DNA of 64,000 bases from Mytilus californianus (GCF_021869535.1 NW_026262581.1:136400001-136464000), one strand, 5' to 3'; counted from the stretch's first letter, positions 25,549-38,369 are shown. Program-made: numbers and translations. The notes: generated from the sequence alone by a model not told the origin.

Positions 25549-28500
25549 TTACGTTGACTCCTTTGTTTGACTGGTAGCCTCATGATGATTATCAATACTA
25601 TTCTCTGAATCACTTCCAAATAGTTTGTATTTAAGATCCATTCTCCAGCGAATACCTGCTACTTTCATTCTGTCATAGAATGCTCCAAATGAATCCAAGG
25701 CTGGACGAACATCCAGTAATGTAAACTGATAGTTTTCTTGTACTTTTCCACCATCGTAATAATCAATGATATATCTCACTTCTTTACCACATCTATCTAC
25801 TATCCAATCGTGGCGGTCAAATGGCAGATCGTATCTACAATTATAAATTTATTCCATTGAACAAATTGTATATAATGAGCATTCCATTCCTACCAAGTAC
25901 TAGAATGTGTGAAGTCTAAGTTGTATTTGGTTCCTGAATTTAAGTAAAAGGCTTTTTGGAATGGTACGGTATGTCCTGTGAGGTGTGGTCCATTTTGGAA
26001 AAGACACTGACAATTCATTATTAACTTTTACTTTCACTTTCATTTTAACGTCGTCAAATCAAAAACTTTTACTTTCACTTTCACTTTAACGTCATCAAAT
26101 CAATTATTGTGACGTTACGTCTTGTTAACCTTTGTAACCCCATATGCACCGCATTTTATGTACTTCAGTATTTGTTTTCTATGTTTAAATTGTCCTGAAG
26201 ACGCCACCGTAAGTGGCGAAACATGTAGACCATAATAAAGGTTTTCCTTGCAGTAATCTACGATGTTGTTGTCTTTGTGTAGCATTATTTAATTGAACTT
26301 TGAGTTAAAGATCTCTCTTACTTGGTATCTACATTCAATATCAATAGGAATAGAAAAGGATTGATAGGTTGAAGATCTCTCTTACTTGGTATCTACATAC
26401 AATATCAATAGGAATAGAAAAGGATTGATTGGTTAAAGATCTCTCTTACTTGGTATCTACATCCATTATCAATAGGAGTAGAAAAGGATTGATTGGTTAA
26501 AGATCTCTCTTACTTGGTTTCTACATACAATATCAATAGGAATAGAAAAGGATTACAGCAAGGCTAAGACAGTCCCTTATGTCAACTATAGAAATATTAC
26601 ACCTTACAGCAAGGCTATGACAGCCCCTAATGTCAACTTATAGAAATATTACACCTTACAGCAAGGCTATGACAGCCCCTAATGTCAATTTATAGAAATA
26701 TTACACCTTACAGCAAGGCTATGACAGCCCCTAATGTCAATTTATAGAAATATTACACCTTACAGCAAGGCTAAGACAGTCCCTAATGTCAACTTATAGA
26801 AATATTACACCTTACAGCAAGGCTAAGACATTCCCTAATGTCAACTTATAGAAATATTACACCTTACAGCAAGGCTAAAACAGTCCCTAATGTCAACTAT
26901 AGAAAAATTACACCTTACAGCAAGGCTAAGACAGTCCCTAATGTCAACTTTAGAAATATTACACCTTACAGCAAGGCTTAAACAGTCCCTAATGTCAACT
27001 TATAGAAATATTACATCTTACAGCAAGGCTAAGACAGTCCCTAATGTCAACTATAGAAATATTACACCTTACAGCAAGGCTAAGACAGTCCCTAATGTCA
27101 ACTTATAGAAATATTACATCTTACAGCAAGGCTAAGAGACTAAGACAGTCCCTAATGTCAACTATAGAAATATTACACCTTACAGCAAGGCTAAGACAGC
27201 CCCTAATGTCAACTTATAGAAATATTACACCTTACCACAAGGCTAAGACAGCCCTTAATGTTACATTAGCCAATTTGAACTTAATGAAATAAAAGAACAG
27301 AGTTCCAATGTCCCCTGTGTTGCACATATTTTATCTATCCAAGGTACAAGGGCAATAACAAAAAAAAGCACTCTTTTTTTTGTTCTTTAAAACTTTTTAT
27401 TAATATCTGAAGAGAAATGAAGGCTTCAGAGCAAATGCAATGTGATTTCCATTATAATTTATATTTCCAAGGGGCAAACTCGTTAAAAATAATTGACCAG
27501 AGTGTCAAAGACATTGCTGATATAAACCTATGATATAAGTTTCATAAAATTCTGGCAAGAATTGTACATATGAGAGCGCTAACGATGCAATTTTCCATAA
27601 AATTAATGTTTCCGAGGGGCAATACTCTTAAAAATAATTGATTGGCACTGATTTTCAAATTCCTCCAAGACATTGCTAATATAAACCTCTGATATAAGTT
27701 TCATAAATTCTGGCAAGAATTGTACACATGAGAGCACTAACGATGCAATTTTCCATAAAATTAATGTGTCCAAGGAGCATAACTCTTTTAAAAATAATTG
27801 ATTGGCACTGATTTTCGAACTCGTCTAAGACGTTGCTGATATAAACCTATGATATAAGTTTCATAAAAATCTGGCAAGAATTGTACACATGAGAGCGCTA
27901 ACAAGACTGGACGGACAGACGGACAGATGGACGCCCGGTATTTCCATGTCCCCGTGCAATGCGTTACGCAGGGGACAATTAGGCACACAAAGGAAACAAT
28001 TGAAGAAAATTTGGTGAGTCCATTTCAGCGACAGATTTAGGAAGCGTTGATTCTAAAAAAAAGAAACCACGGTATATGAATAGGCTGACATCCAACAATG
28101 GTTTAACATTAATCAATTAATCATACTTCCTTCAATCCGTTTTTTGTAAAAAGAGGTTTGACTGCCAACCTAAATTTGTTCATTTTTTACGATATTAGAT
28201 GTGATAAAATCCTCTTCCATTTCAACATCCACTTCAGTTTGAAGTTCAGTCTAAGAATTAAAATCTCCTTGCTGAAAGGGATGTTTTACTTGTGAAATTG
28301 GACCTACAGTAAGTAGTTTATGTAGTTTGAGTATATCAGCAATTGTTACAATAATTAAATAATTCTTAATAAAACTAGAGGCTCTAAAGAGCCTGTGTCG
28401 CTCAACTTGGTCTATATGCATATACAACAAATGACACTCTCCAACATTGTAGACGAGAATAGAATTCATGACAAAAACCTCTGTTTTGTTGATCTTGTAT

Positions 28501-31500
28501 TGCTGTCAGATCATTTAGTCCGTTTAGTTTCTCTCTATCTTCTTTAGTTTTTGCTCAATACACAAAAGAGGTTAAAAAAAACCTCATTTAAGGGCAATCA
28601 CTCCTACAAAGAGTGACAGTCTACTAACTTTATCTGCAAAATTTGACTTGTTAGTAGACCTTATCTTATAATGCAAAACGTTAAAAAAAGGTAACAATCG
28701 TCATTAAAGGGCAATAACTCCAATAAGGAGTCGTCAGACAATTTCCTAAATTGTCTAAATTGTAGATCTTGTCTTGCTGATCATTTTTGCTTATTTAAAT
28801 TTCTATCTATCTATTATAATTTTAAAGATATAAGGCAAAAACGCAAAAAAATTGGTAAAAATCGTCATCAAAGGGCAATAACACTAATAAGGAGTCGACT
28901 GATGATTTCGACCATGCGGACTTATTTGTAGAACTTGTTTTGCTGATCTTTTTTGCATTTTAAAGTTTCTCCCTATCTATTATAGTTTTCAAGATAACAG
29001 GCAAAAATGAAAAAAAAAATGGTAAAATTTGTCATTTAAGTAACTCCTATAAGAAGTCGTCTGACAGTTTTGATGTATATAAACAATTGGTAGAGCTCAA
29101 CATTCTGCACATTTTTACTTTTTGTCAGATTTTCTCTATTTATAAAGGTTTTCAAAATAAAAGACAGAACTTGCATTTTCTCCATGTTCTAATTTTAGCC
29201 ATGTCGGCCATCTTGGTTGGCAGGTGGGGTCATTGGACACATTTTTATACGCCCGTCAAATTTTTGACGGGACGTATTATGTTATACAAATGTCCGGCGT
29301 CCGTCCGTCTGTCTGTCCGTCTGTCTGTCTGTCCGGCGTAAACATGTCGCACCTTAACTTGAGAATGACTTATCCAAATTTCATGAAACTTAACATAGTT
29401 GTTTCTTATGATGGTCAAACGATCTGTATACTTTTTGGTGAAAATAAGATTAAAACTTTTTGAGTTACAGGACTTAGTAACTAAAACAGGTGTGTGTTTT
29501 TTTTCACATGTCGCGCCGTATCTCAAAAACAATTTATGATTATTGCTTAAAACTTTACACACTTCTTAGTTATATTAATCTTAAGATCTGTATACTTTTT
29601 GGTGATGATTCAATATTTTATTTTAGAGATATTGAGTATTTTGTTAAAAAAGGGGGAGGGGTTTTTCACATGTCGCGCCGTATCTCAAAAACAGTTTATG
29701 ATTATTGTTTAAAACTTTACACACTTCTTAGTTATATTAATCTTAAGATCTGTATACTTTTTGGTGATGATTCAATATTTTATTTTAGAGATATTGAGTA
29801 TTTTGTTAAAAAAGGGGGAGGGGTTTTTCACATGTCGCACCGTATCTCAAAAACGATTTATGATTATTGCTTAAAATTTTACACACTTCTTAGTTATATT
29901 AATCTAAAGATCTGTATACTTTTTGGTTTTGATTCAAATTTTATTTTAGAGATATTGAGTTTTTTGTAAAAAAAAAAGGGGGTTTTCGCATGTCACGCCA
30001 TATGTCAGAAACTATTTATGCTTATTGCATGAAAATTCACACATAAGACGACGGGCGTATCATGCGCTCATGGCGCAGCTGTTTATTTAAACTAGATACC
30101 CCAATGCTGATTGTGGCCAAGTTTGGATAAATTTGGCCAAGTAGTTTCAGAGGAGAAGATTTTTGTAAAAGTTAACGATGACGGACGACGAGGACAGAGG
30201 CGAAATTAATAGTCAGACTTCGTATATATCATATATAAACATACATCAAGAAAAAAATAATGATTTGAAAAAAACAGACAATAGCACAAAATGTTGATTT
30301 TCATTAACTCTCAAGTGTTGAAATTGCTCAAGCAAGCCTTTATACTAGAACAAAATGCTAATATTCAGTAACTATCAAGTGTCTTATGGTTGTAGCAAGC
30401 CTCTTAACTAGAGTATAAGGGTAGTTTTCAGTTACTATCAAGTGTCTTATGTCTGTAGCAAGCCTCTTAACTAGAGTATAAGGGTAGTTTTCAGTAACTA
30501 GCAAGTGTTTTATGTCTGTAGCAAGCCTCTTAACTAAAGAGTATAAGGGTAATTTTCAGTAACTATCAAGTGTCTTATGTCTGTAGCAAGCCTCTTAACT
30601 AGAGTATAAGGGTAATTTTCAGTGACTATCAAGTGTCTTATGGTTGTAGCAAGCCTCTTAACTAGAGTATAAGGGTAGTTTTCAGTAACTATCATGTGTC
30701 TTATGTCTGTAGCAAGCCTCTTCACTAAAGTATAAGGGTTATTTTCAGTAACTTGCTATTAATGAAATTGCTCTGAAATGGGGACTCATAAATTGCAAGA
30801 ATGTTTGTAAACACAAATACGGTTTTTGTTTTAAACCATATTTTTAATCTTACCCTAACCAGTTCCTGATTCTAGCTCTAGGTGAATACTCTGTGGCTTT
30901 TCCTCCAAACTTTTTTAATCTTGGGTCAGAACATTCACTGAAATAAATATCAGATATATGAGTTTTAATTTCATTGGTGCCCTGCAAATTCACATTGTAT
31001 GATAACATTATTAATCATAATTTTTAGACTTTGGAAATATAAGATTTCAGTTAAAAATTACATAAACATGAATAAGCTTGGGTTTGATGACATAATTTGA
31101 ATGTGAAGTCATTAAGGTGACATCTTTTAGTGGTAAATAAGCATGATGAAGACATTAGTCCAAGCGGAAATTTTTTTACAGGTGTGAAATTTTGAAATAG
31201 AAAAAAACTACATTGTTTGTTATACTTTTGGACAGTAGAATTAGTCAAGCAAAGTTTTGACTCATAGAAATTCGACTGAAGTAAATTAATATAAATTACT
31301 ATGTTTCAACATCAAGAATTCAGCAAATTTCGACTGATGCTGAATTTCCAGTCAACAGAGTTATAGATAACAAGAGTCAACTGCAGTTCTTATACCTTTA
31401 TAATATATGCCTGTTGATTGCATGAAACTATTATCTTATACTTGAGACAATTAATAGTTTATCATAAAGTGTGGCTGCTTGTCTTTTGTTGAAGACCTCA

Positions 31501-34500
31501 AAGTAATCTCTAGAATATGAGATGACTATTTATGTTAATGTGTACTGTTTAGTGACTATTTATGTTAATGTGTACTGTTTAGTGACTATTTTTGTTAATG
31601 TGTACTGTTTAGTGACTATTTTTGTTAATGTGTACTGTTTGGTTTCTGTATCACTGCCAGATGTTTACCACACAGCTCCTCATTCATAATACCAAATCTG
31701 ATTTTAATGATGCACAGCTTTACTAGTGATATTACAATCTACCTTGCATGAAATGCCTCCCATTTTAACACTTCCTGCCAGGCCTGTTCATTGTTGGCAT
31801 TGTGTATTTGTATAATGTGATTCATGTCTTCTGCTGCGACATCTTCTTCCTTCCATCGCCAACCTGCAACATCAAGTCTTTAAAATGATAACAAAGAATA
31901 AGAATTCTTATATACTTGTTACAATATTTGAATGATTATTTTCAAATAGTATATAAATCTGTTTCATTCAACTAATTTTTGTATTTATAACCCAATAACT
32001 TCAGGTTAATGTAGAGGTGTTGTGAGTAAAGACCACAATTTGATACCCCCATGACTTGGTATAAAGGGAAACCCCAAAAATAATTAAAATAATAATACTA
32101 CAGTAAATTCCCAAATTATTGCCAGCACTTATTATTGCGATTTTTTAACAATGGACACAAATGAGAGATTAATTATTGCCATTTCATGAAAATGTTCATA
32201 CAGATAATATATCCTATATCAGAATGGTAGTTCTTATTTTTGCGAAACTCACTTCTGAATTTACAGTTTTAAAAGGTGAAGATTCTGAAAAATTTCATCA
32301 ACATAGGAATAGGGATTTAGGAGGAAAAAAATGAAATAAATGTGTTTTGTAGTAAGCAGATGATAATGCTGAAGGAAATCACAAAAATGATTCTGATCAA
32401 AAACAAAATAGGAAGTATAACAGCATTATGGTGACTAAGATTGTGAGAAAAATTAATAAATTGTAATTAGGGGTTTAGGAGCAATTGCTGATACAAATAT
32501 GGGACAGGACAAAGGAACAAATTTAGGGACAGGACAAAGGAACAAATGTGGGACAGGACAAAGGAACAAATGTGGGACAGGAAAAAGGAACAAATGTACG
32601 GAGAGGAGAAAGGCACAAATGTGGGACAGGACAAAGGAACAAATGTGGGACAGGACAAAGGAACAAATGTGGGACAGGACAAAGGAACAAATGTAGGATA
32701 GGACAAAGGAACAAATGTAGGGACAGGACAAAGGAACAAATGTGGGACAGGACAAAGGAACAAATGTAGGGACAGGACAAAAGAACAAATGTAGGGTCTG
32801 GACAAAGGAACAAATGTGGGACAAGACAAAGGAACAAATGTAGGGACAGGACAAAGGAACAAATGTGGGACAAGACAAAGGAACAAATGTAGAGACAGAC
32901 GCCCTCATCACCTTCATCAGGAATGCTAAATACCAAAACTGTGAAGGTTTAGAATGTAAATACTTGATGAGCTACATGACCAAAATCAACAATAAAATAG
33001 CCAACATATCTAACATAAATCTTGAAGAGCTGATACAATTGAAAAGGACCAAAAGTATAACCGAACACACATAACAAATCAGATTGTGGCATGAGGAAGA
33101 TACATTCCTTAATTTGAAAGGATTTCATTAGTTTTATCACTTCTAATTTCATAAAACAAACTACAATTTGAGTCTTGCTAAAAATATTATAGCTTGGCAG
33201 GTTTTGAATTGTCAGTTTTATTTACTAGCTGTCATCGTCTCTCTGGAATGCTTTATCTTTAAAATTAGAATGATACCTTTGCTTACAGAATCAGTAATAT
33301 TTATATCAAAGGCTATTAGAGATTGACTTTGAAAAGTAAAGATAATAGTTATAGAATCATTCTTACACAAATTTATATCTTATGTCTATAAAGTATACAC
33401 CATTTTCACAGCCCCCAAACTGATGACTATATATTCTTTACCATGGACTTTTTTTTTGGAATTTTGTGTGCATAAAAAACTGGTTTAACCCAACTACAGT
33501 TTGTGCCTGTACCAAGTCAGGTTATCTAAGACTATATGTTGTTCATTGTTGTTTGACATGGCTTGGGAGGTGTTGAGTAATAGTGGTTTATGTGATCTGT
33601 TTGTACTATCCAATACTTTTGGTGATTCCTGTTACCAATTTATGTATTCCTCTGTTCACATCTCTAAATCTTACCTTTCCTAAGCATAGCATTCAAGAAC
33701 ATTTGCTGTGAAGGATACACCCAGTTTTCCTCTGTTCACATTTCTTATCTTACCTTTCCTAAGCATAGCATTCAAGAACAATTGCTGTGAAGGATACACC
33801 CACTTTTCCTCTGTTCACATTTCTTATCTTACCTTTCCTAAGCATAGCATTCAAGAACAATTGCTGTGAAGGATACACCCACTTTTCCTCTGTTCACATT
33901 TCTTATCTTACCTTTCCTAAGCATGGCATTCAAGAACATTTGCTGTGAAGGATACACCCACTTTTCCTCTGTTCACATTTCTTATCTTACCTTTCCTAAG
34001 CATGACATCCAAGAACATTTGCTGTGAAGTATACACCCACTTTTCCTCTGTTCACATTTCTGATCTTACCTTTCCTAAGCATGGCATTCAAGAACATTTG
34101 CTGTGAAGGATACACCCACTTTTCCTCTGTTCACATTTCTTATCTTACCTTTCCTAAGCATGACATCCAAGAACATTTGCTGTGAAGTATACACCCACTT
34201 TTCCTCTGTTCACATTTCTGATCTTACCTTTCCTAAGCATGGCATTCAAGAACATTTGCTGTGAAGGAAACACCCACTATTCCTCTGTTCACATTTCTTA
34301 TCTTACCTTTCCTAAGCATAGCATTCAAGAACATTTGCTGTGAAGGATACACCCAGTTTTCCTCTGTTCACATTTCTTATCTTACCTTTCCTAAGCATAG
34401 CATTCAAGAACAATTGCTGTGAAGGATACACCCACTTTTCCTCTGTTCACATTTCTTATCTTACCTTTCCTAAGCATGACATTCAAGAACATTTGCTGTG

Positions 34501-37500
34501 AAGTATACACCCACTTTTCCTCTGTTCACATTTCTGATCTTACCTTTCCTAAGCATGGCATTCAAGAACATTTGCTGTGAAGGATACACCCACTTTTCCT
34601 CTGTTCACATTTCTTATCTTACCTTTCCTAAGCATGACATTCAAGAACATTTGCTGTGAAGTATACACCCACTTTTCCTCTGTTCACATTTCTGATCTTA
34701 CCTTTCCTAAGCATGGCATTCAAGAACATTTGCTGTGAAGGAAACACCCACTATTCCTCTGTTCACATTTCTTATCTTACCTTTCCTAAGCATAGCATTC
34801 AAGAACATTTGCTGTGAAGGATACACCCAGTTTTCCTCTGTTCACATTTCTTATCTTACCTTTCTAAGCATGGCATTCCAGAACATTTGCTGTGAAGGAT
34901 ACACCCACTTTTCCTCTGCTCACATTTCTTATCTTACCTTTCCTAAGCATGACATTCCAGAACATTTGCTGTGAAGAATACACCCACTTTTCCTCTGTTC
35001 ACATTACTTATCTTACCTTTTCTAAGCATGGCATTCCAGAACATTTGCTGTGAATGATACACCCACTTTTCCTCTGTTCACATTTCTTATCTTACCTTTC
35101 CTAAGCATGGCATTCCAGAACATTTGCTGTGAAGGATACACCCACTTTTCCTCTGTTCACATTTCTTATCTTACCTTTCCTAAGCATGGCATTCCAGAAC
35201 ATTTGCTGTGAAGGATAAACCCACTTTTCCTCTGTTCACATTTCTTATCTTACCTTTCCTAAGCATGGCATTCCAGAACATTTGCTGTGAAGGATAAACC
35301 CACTTTTCCTCTGTTCACATTTCTTATCTTACCTTTCCTAAGCATGGCATTCCAGAACATTTGCTGTGAAGGATAAACCCACTTTTCCTCTGTTCACATT
35401 TCTTATCTTACCTTTCCTAAGCATGGCATTCCAGAACATTTGCTGTGAAGGATAAACCCACTTTTCCTCTGTTCACATTTCTTATCTTACCTTTCCTAAG
35501 CATGGCATTCCAGAACATTTGCTGTGAAGGATAAACCCACTTTTCCTCTGTTCACATTTCTTATCTTACCTTTCCTAAGCATGGCATTCCAGAACATTTG
35601 CTGTGAAGGATAAACCCACTTTTCCTCTGTTCACATTTCTTATCTTACCTTTCCTAAGCATGGCATTCCAGAACATTTGCTGTGAAGGATAAACCCACTT
35701 TTCCTCTGTTCACATTTCTTATCTTACCTTTCCTAAGCATGGCATTCCAGAACATTTGCTGTGAAGGATAAACCCACTTTTCCTCTGTTCACATTTCTTA
35801 TCTTACCTTTCCTAAGCATGGCATTCCAGAACATTTGCTGTGAAGGATACACCCACTTTTCCTCTGTTCACATTTCTTATCTTACCTTTCCTAAGCATGG
35901 CATTCCAGAACATTTGCTGTGAAGGATAAACCCAATTCTCATCTGTTCCTGCTTTTGGTATATTTGATATAACTCTGTTTGTAGCTAAAGGAAATGGCTG
36001 ATCAGGTGATGGTCTCTGGTTTGGTGGTGGCATCTGCAATTATTTTAAGTCAGTACTTATTTCATGACAGTTTTTTATACTTCATTCCAGACATTATCTA
36101 CTTTTTAAAATCATTCTGCCACTCAAAATATTTGGAAAACTCTAAAATGATGAAATGTTTTAGGTCTTTTACATCTTACATACATTTAAAGTTCTGACAG
36201 TGTACTTTCGTTGTCAATTTGTTTTTTCTCACTGAATCATACTAAGTATGGACATAGCAATTACCAAACGAGAAATTCAAAGCCGATTATAAGTAGTGTA
36301 CAGATAGAAATTGCTGTCAGACAACAGCAGTTTAAATATTCATGTGCATGTATATATTTAAGAAATGATTATTTCATGCCTTGCTCTATGCTCATTTTAA
36401 CATGGGTAGGCATTATATTTGTCAATATCTTTATACCGAGTGTTAGCGAGGTGTAAAATGTTGACAAATATAATGCCTACCCATGTTAAAATGAGCATAA
36501 AGCATGGCATGATAGAATCATTTCGATTTCTAATAGGAAAATTTGGAAATTTTGTACTGCGAAGAGGAACTATAATTCACGTTCGAAAGGCAGCCATTTT
36601 GATTTGATGATGCCAAAACATTATAGAAAAACAACCGTTTCACGATTAAAAAAAAACCAGATACATGTAAAGTTACTTTTAGAATGATTTTATTTAATTT
36701 CCTAGCAAGCAACACCAACAAAAATGTCTATTTTGATCTCCGACGTTGTTCAAAATACAACTGACGTTGCAATTTCAATTTTGACGTCAATCACGTGCAG
36801 CCCATGTTCTATTGGAATTAGAACATGGCTTTGTTTCCAAAGCAAAAGAAGAACGTCATATTAGAATGTACAACAAGTAGTTGTGTATGCAAACCACAAA
36901 TAAATATTTTAAACCTATATCGATTAAATTTGTATAATTACTTACTTGATTACTGAACAAATTTTTTAAATCTCACTTTCGACAAATTTGTATCATCGTT
37001 TGTTTAAGCTCCCATGTTTTGACGACTTTCACTTTTGCTTATATTCAGAATGCTTATATTCTGTTAGAGTCCATGGTTCAATGACGTTACTTACACAGAA
37101 TGACCTTGGGTCACTCATTTATAAAAAGCATATGAAGGGGAAGTATGATTGGAACAGTCCAAACAAATCATAACGTTACCGATCAGCTAACATACAATAT
37201 ATTTGAATTTGACCATGTCACAGGTGTGTACTCAAAGCATTACCATGTCACAGGTGTGTACGCAAAGCATTTGAAGAATGTCCTATTAAACCATTTATCA
37301 GCATGAGTGTGTTCTTACATCAGAAGGTTATAAAACAGATTAATATGTGATTTTTTCCATATCATCCCAGTTATCATCCCCCGACCCATATCAGACCTTC
37401 TGCTTTCGCCTGGGTCTGATAACCTGATCAATATTGAAAAAGTAATGTATTAATCTGTATATTCACATGAAAATAAAGAAATGACTCTTTCCATATAAGT

Positions 37501-37679
37501 CCTGTTATCATAAATAATATTACCATATTCAATGGGTCAATATCATTTTGTGATCCTTTGTGCATAGGACATTCACTAGGGTAAGACTTTGTCTGTTCCT
37601 GGTGCATAGGACATTCGCTAGGATAGTTATTCATGTCTTTTTTACCCTGATCCATTGGACTACAATTAGCTGCTCCCAT
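25549..37679 (-). CDS. HCCS: Holocytochrome c synthase (cytochrome c heme lyase); coding exons 37679-37524, 36033-35886, 31863-31743, 30937-30854, 25834-25549; 264 aa
   Basis: Two ECPMH heme motifs, [99 protein letters not shown]; all junctions GT-AG with matching phases (795 nt). Confidence 0.96.
26188..26237 (+). ncRNA. Type I hammerhead ribozyme motif
   Basis: TGTC-CTGAAGA-C-GCCAC(cgtaa)GTGGC-GAAA-C-AT-GTA-GACC: full core, 5-bp stem II, palindromic ACATGT stem III, predicted cleavage after A26227. Confidence 0.7.
26305..26555 (+). repeat. 64-bp tandem repeat, about 4 copies
   Basis: Unit beginning AAAGATCTCTCTTACTTGGTATCTACA. Confidence 0.85.
26555..27258 (+). repeat. 51/52-bp minisatellite, about 13 copies
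   Basis: Unit ACAGCAAGGCTAAGACAGTCCCTAATGTCAAC(T)TATAGAAATATTACACCTT; explains ORFs 26890 and 27044. Confidence 0.9.
27420..27980 (+). mobile_element. Pearl/CvA-like (Helentron-type) non-autonomous element
   Basis: Internal tandem units, GGAC/AGAC microsatellite, terminal hairpin TGTCCCC..GGGGACA; sister copy at 38370-38905. Confidence 0.7.
29244..30088 (+). mobile_element. Helentron/DINE-like element nested in another repeat
   Basis: Subterminal inverted repeat ATACGCCCGTC / GACGGGCGTAT, 5' hairpin CCCGTCAAATTTTTGACGGG, GTCC/GTCT microsatellite, 162-bp internal units, inserted into a T-run. Confidence 0.8.
30365..30755 (+). repeat. 63-bp tandem repeat, about 6 copies
   Basis: Unit ACTAGAGTATAAGGGTAGTTTTCAGTAACTATCAAGTGTCTTATGTCTGTAGCAAGCCTCTTA. 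Confidence 0.9.
31523..31640 (+). repeat. 30-bp tandem repeat, about 4 copies
   Basis: Unit GACTATTTATGTTAATGTGTACTGTTTAGT. Confidence 0.85.
32493..32892 (+). repeat. 24/25-bp minisatellite, about 16 copies
   Basis: Unit AAATGT(G/AG)GGACAGGACAAAGGAAC; source of the overlapping spurious ORFs at 32453-32936. Confidence 0.9.
33645..35935 (-). repeat. 79-bp tandem array made of an HCCS exon end plus 5' splice site, 29 donor copies
   Basis: Minus-strand unit TGGGTGTATCCTTCACAGCAAATGTTCTGGAATGCCATGCTTAGGAAAG|GTAAGATAAGAAATGTGAACAGAGGAAAAG; first and last CTTACC at 33670 and 35881 (28 intervals). Confidence 0.95.
36362..36524. repeat. Long inverted repeat (arms about 65 bp, spacer about 30 bp), probably from a mobile element
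   Basis: ATGCTCATTTTAACATGGGTAGGCATTATATTTGTCAA pairs with TTGACAAATATAATGCCTACCCATGTTAAAATGAGCAT. Confidence 0.85.
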
Positions 37680-38369
37680 TACTGAAGAAAACAATAAAAA
37701 GGTAACATCAAACTAATTTGTTGATCTACAAATGTACGCATGTCATGTGAAAACAGATTAAAACAATTAAACAATATGGTGTTTTCCATCATTTCAGTTC
37801 TACTGTCTGCAACCTAGAGACTAGTCTAAAATCCAGATAATTGATAAAAAACAAAATTGAATATTTGTCTTCTAAAAAGAAACATGACAATATTGAGAAT
37901 TTATAATCAATAACAATATATGACAGGCCAATGATGTGACATATCTAAGCATGGACCTTAGATCTGTAACATTTGTAACATTAATGTAAGTTTTCTACCT
38001 TGACCAGGGGAGTAGCTACAAAAAACATGTATTTTCCAACATCAGTATTGTCAGCCAACACAGTTGCTGGGCCTGCTTTGGCTCCAAATAAGTTGGAGCC
38101 AGAAAAATCACCAGCTGCTATTGTTTGTCGCCTGTTTGAAAAACTTGGAGCCAACTTTAAAGCCAGCAAGAGTCTTGATTTCCTCTACCCAAATTGAAAC
38201 CACATTCAATTTAAATTTCTTATGCACTGTACATCATTTAACTTTAAGTGATGATTTGTCATGTTTCGGTGAAAGAAAAAAAAAACCAAACAGGTTCACT
38301 GAATACTAATGACATTGATTTAAAATCAGAACTGGATAGAAACCAAGTCTGATTTTTACAATGCCATTA

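Noticed and set aside
29490-29969. 159-aa ORF with 54-aa repeats
   Set aside because: Translation of the 162-bp internal units of a Helentron-like element
32453-32936. Overlapping Cys/Pro-rich ORFs of 65-154 aa
   Set aside because: All frames are open only because of a 24/25-bp minisatellite
37981-38197. Overlapping 62-81 aa ORFs as an extra HCCS coding exon
   Set aside because: The phase needed to join exon 37681 contains a stop and no ATG; at most UTR
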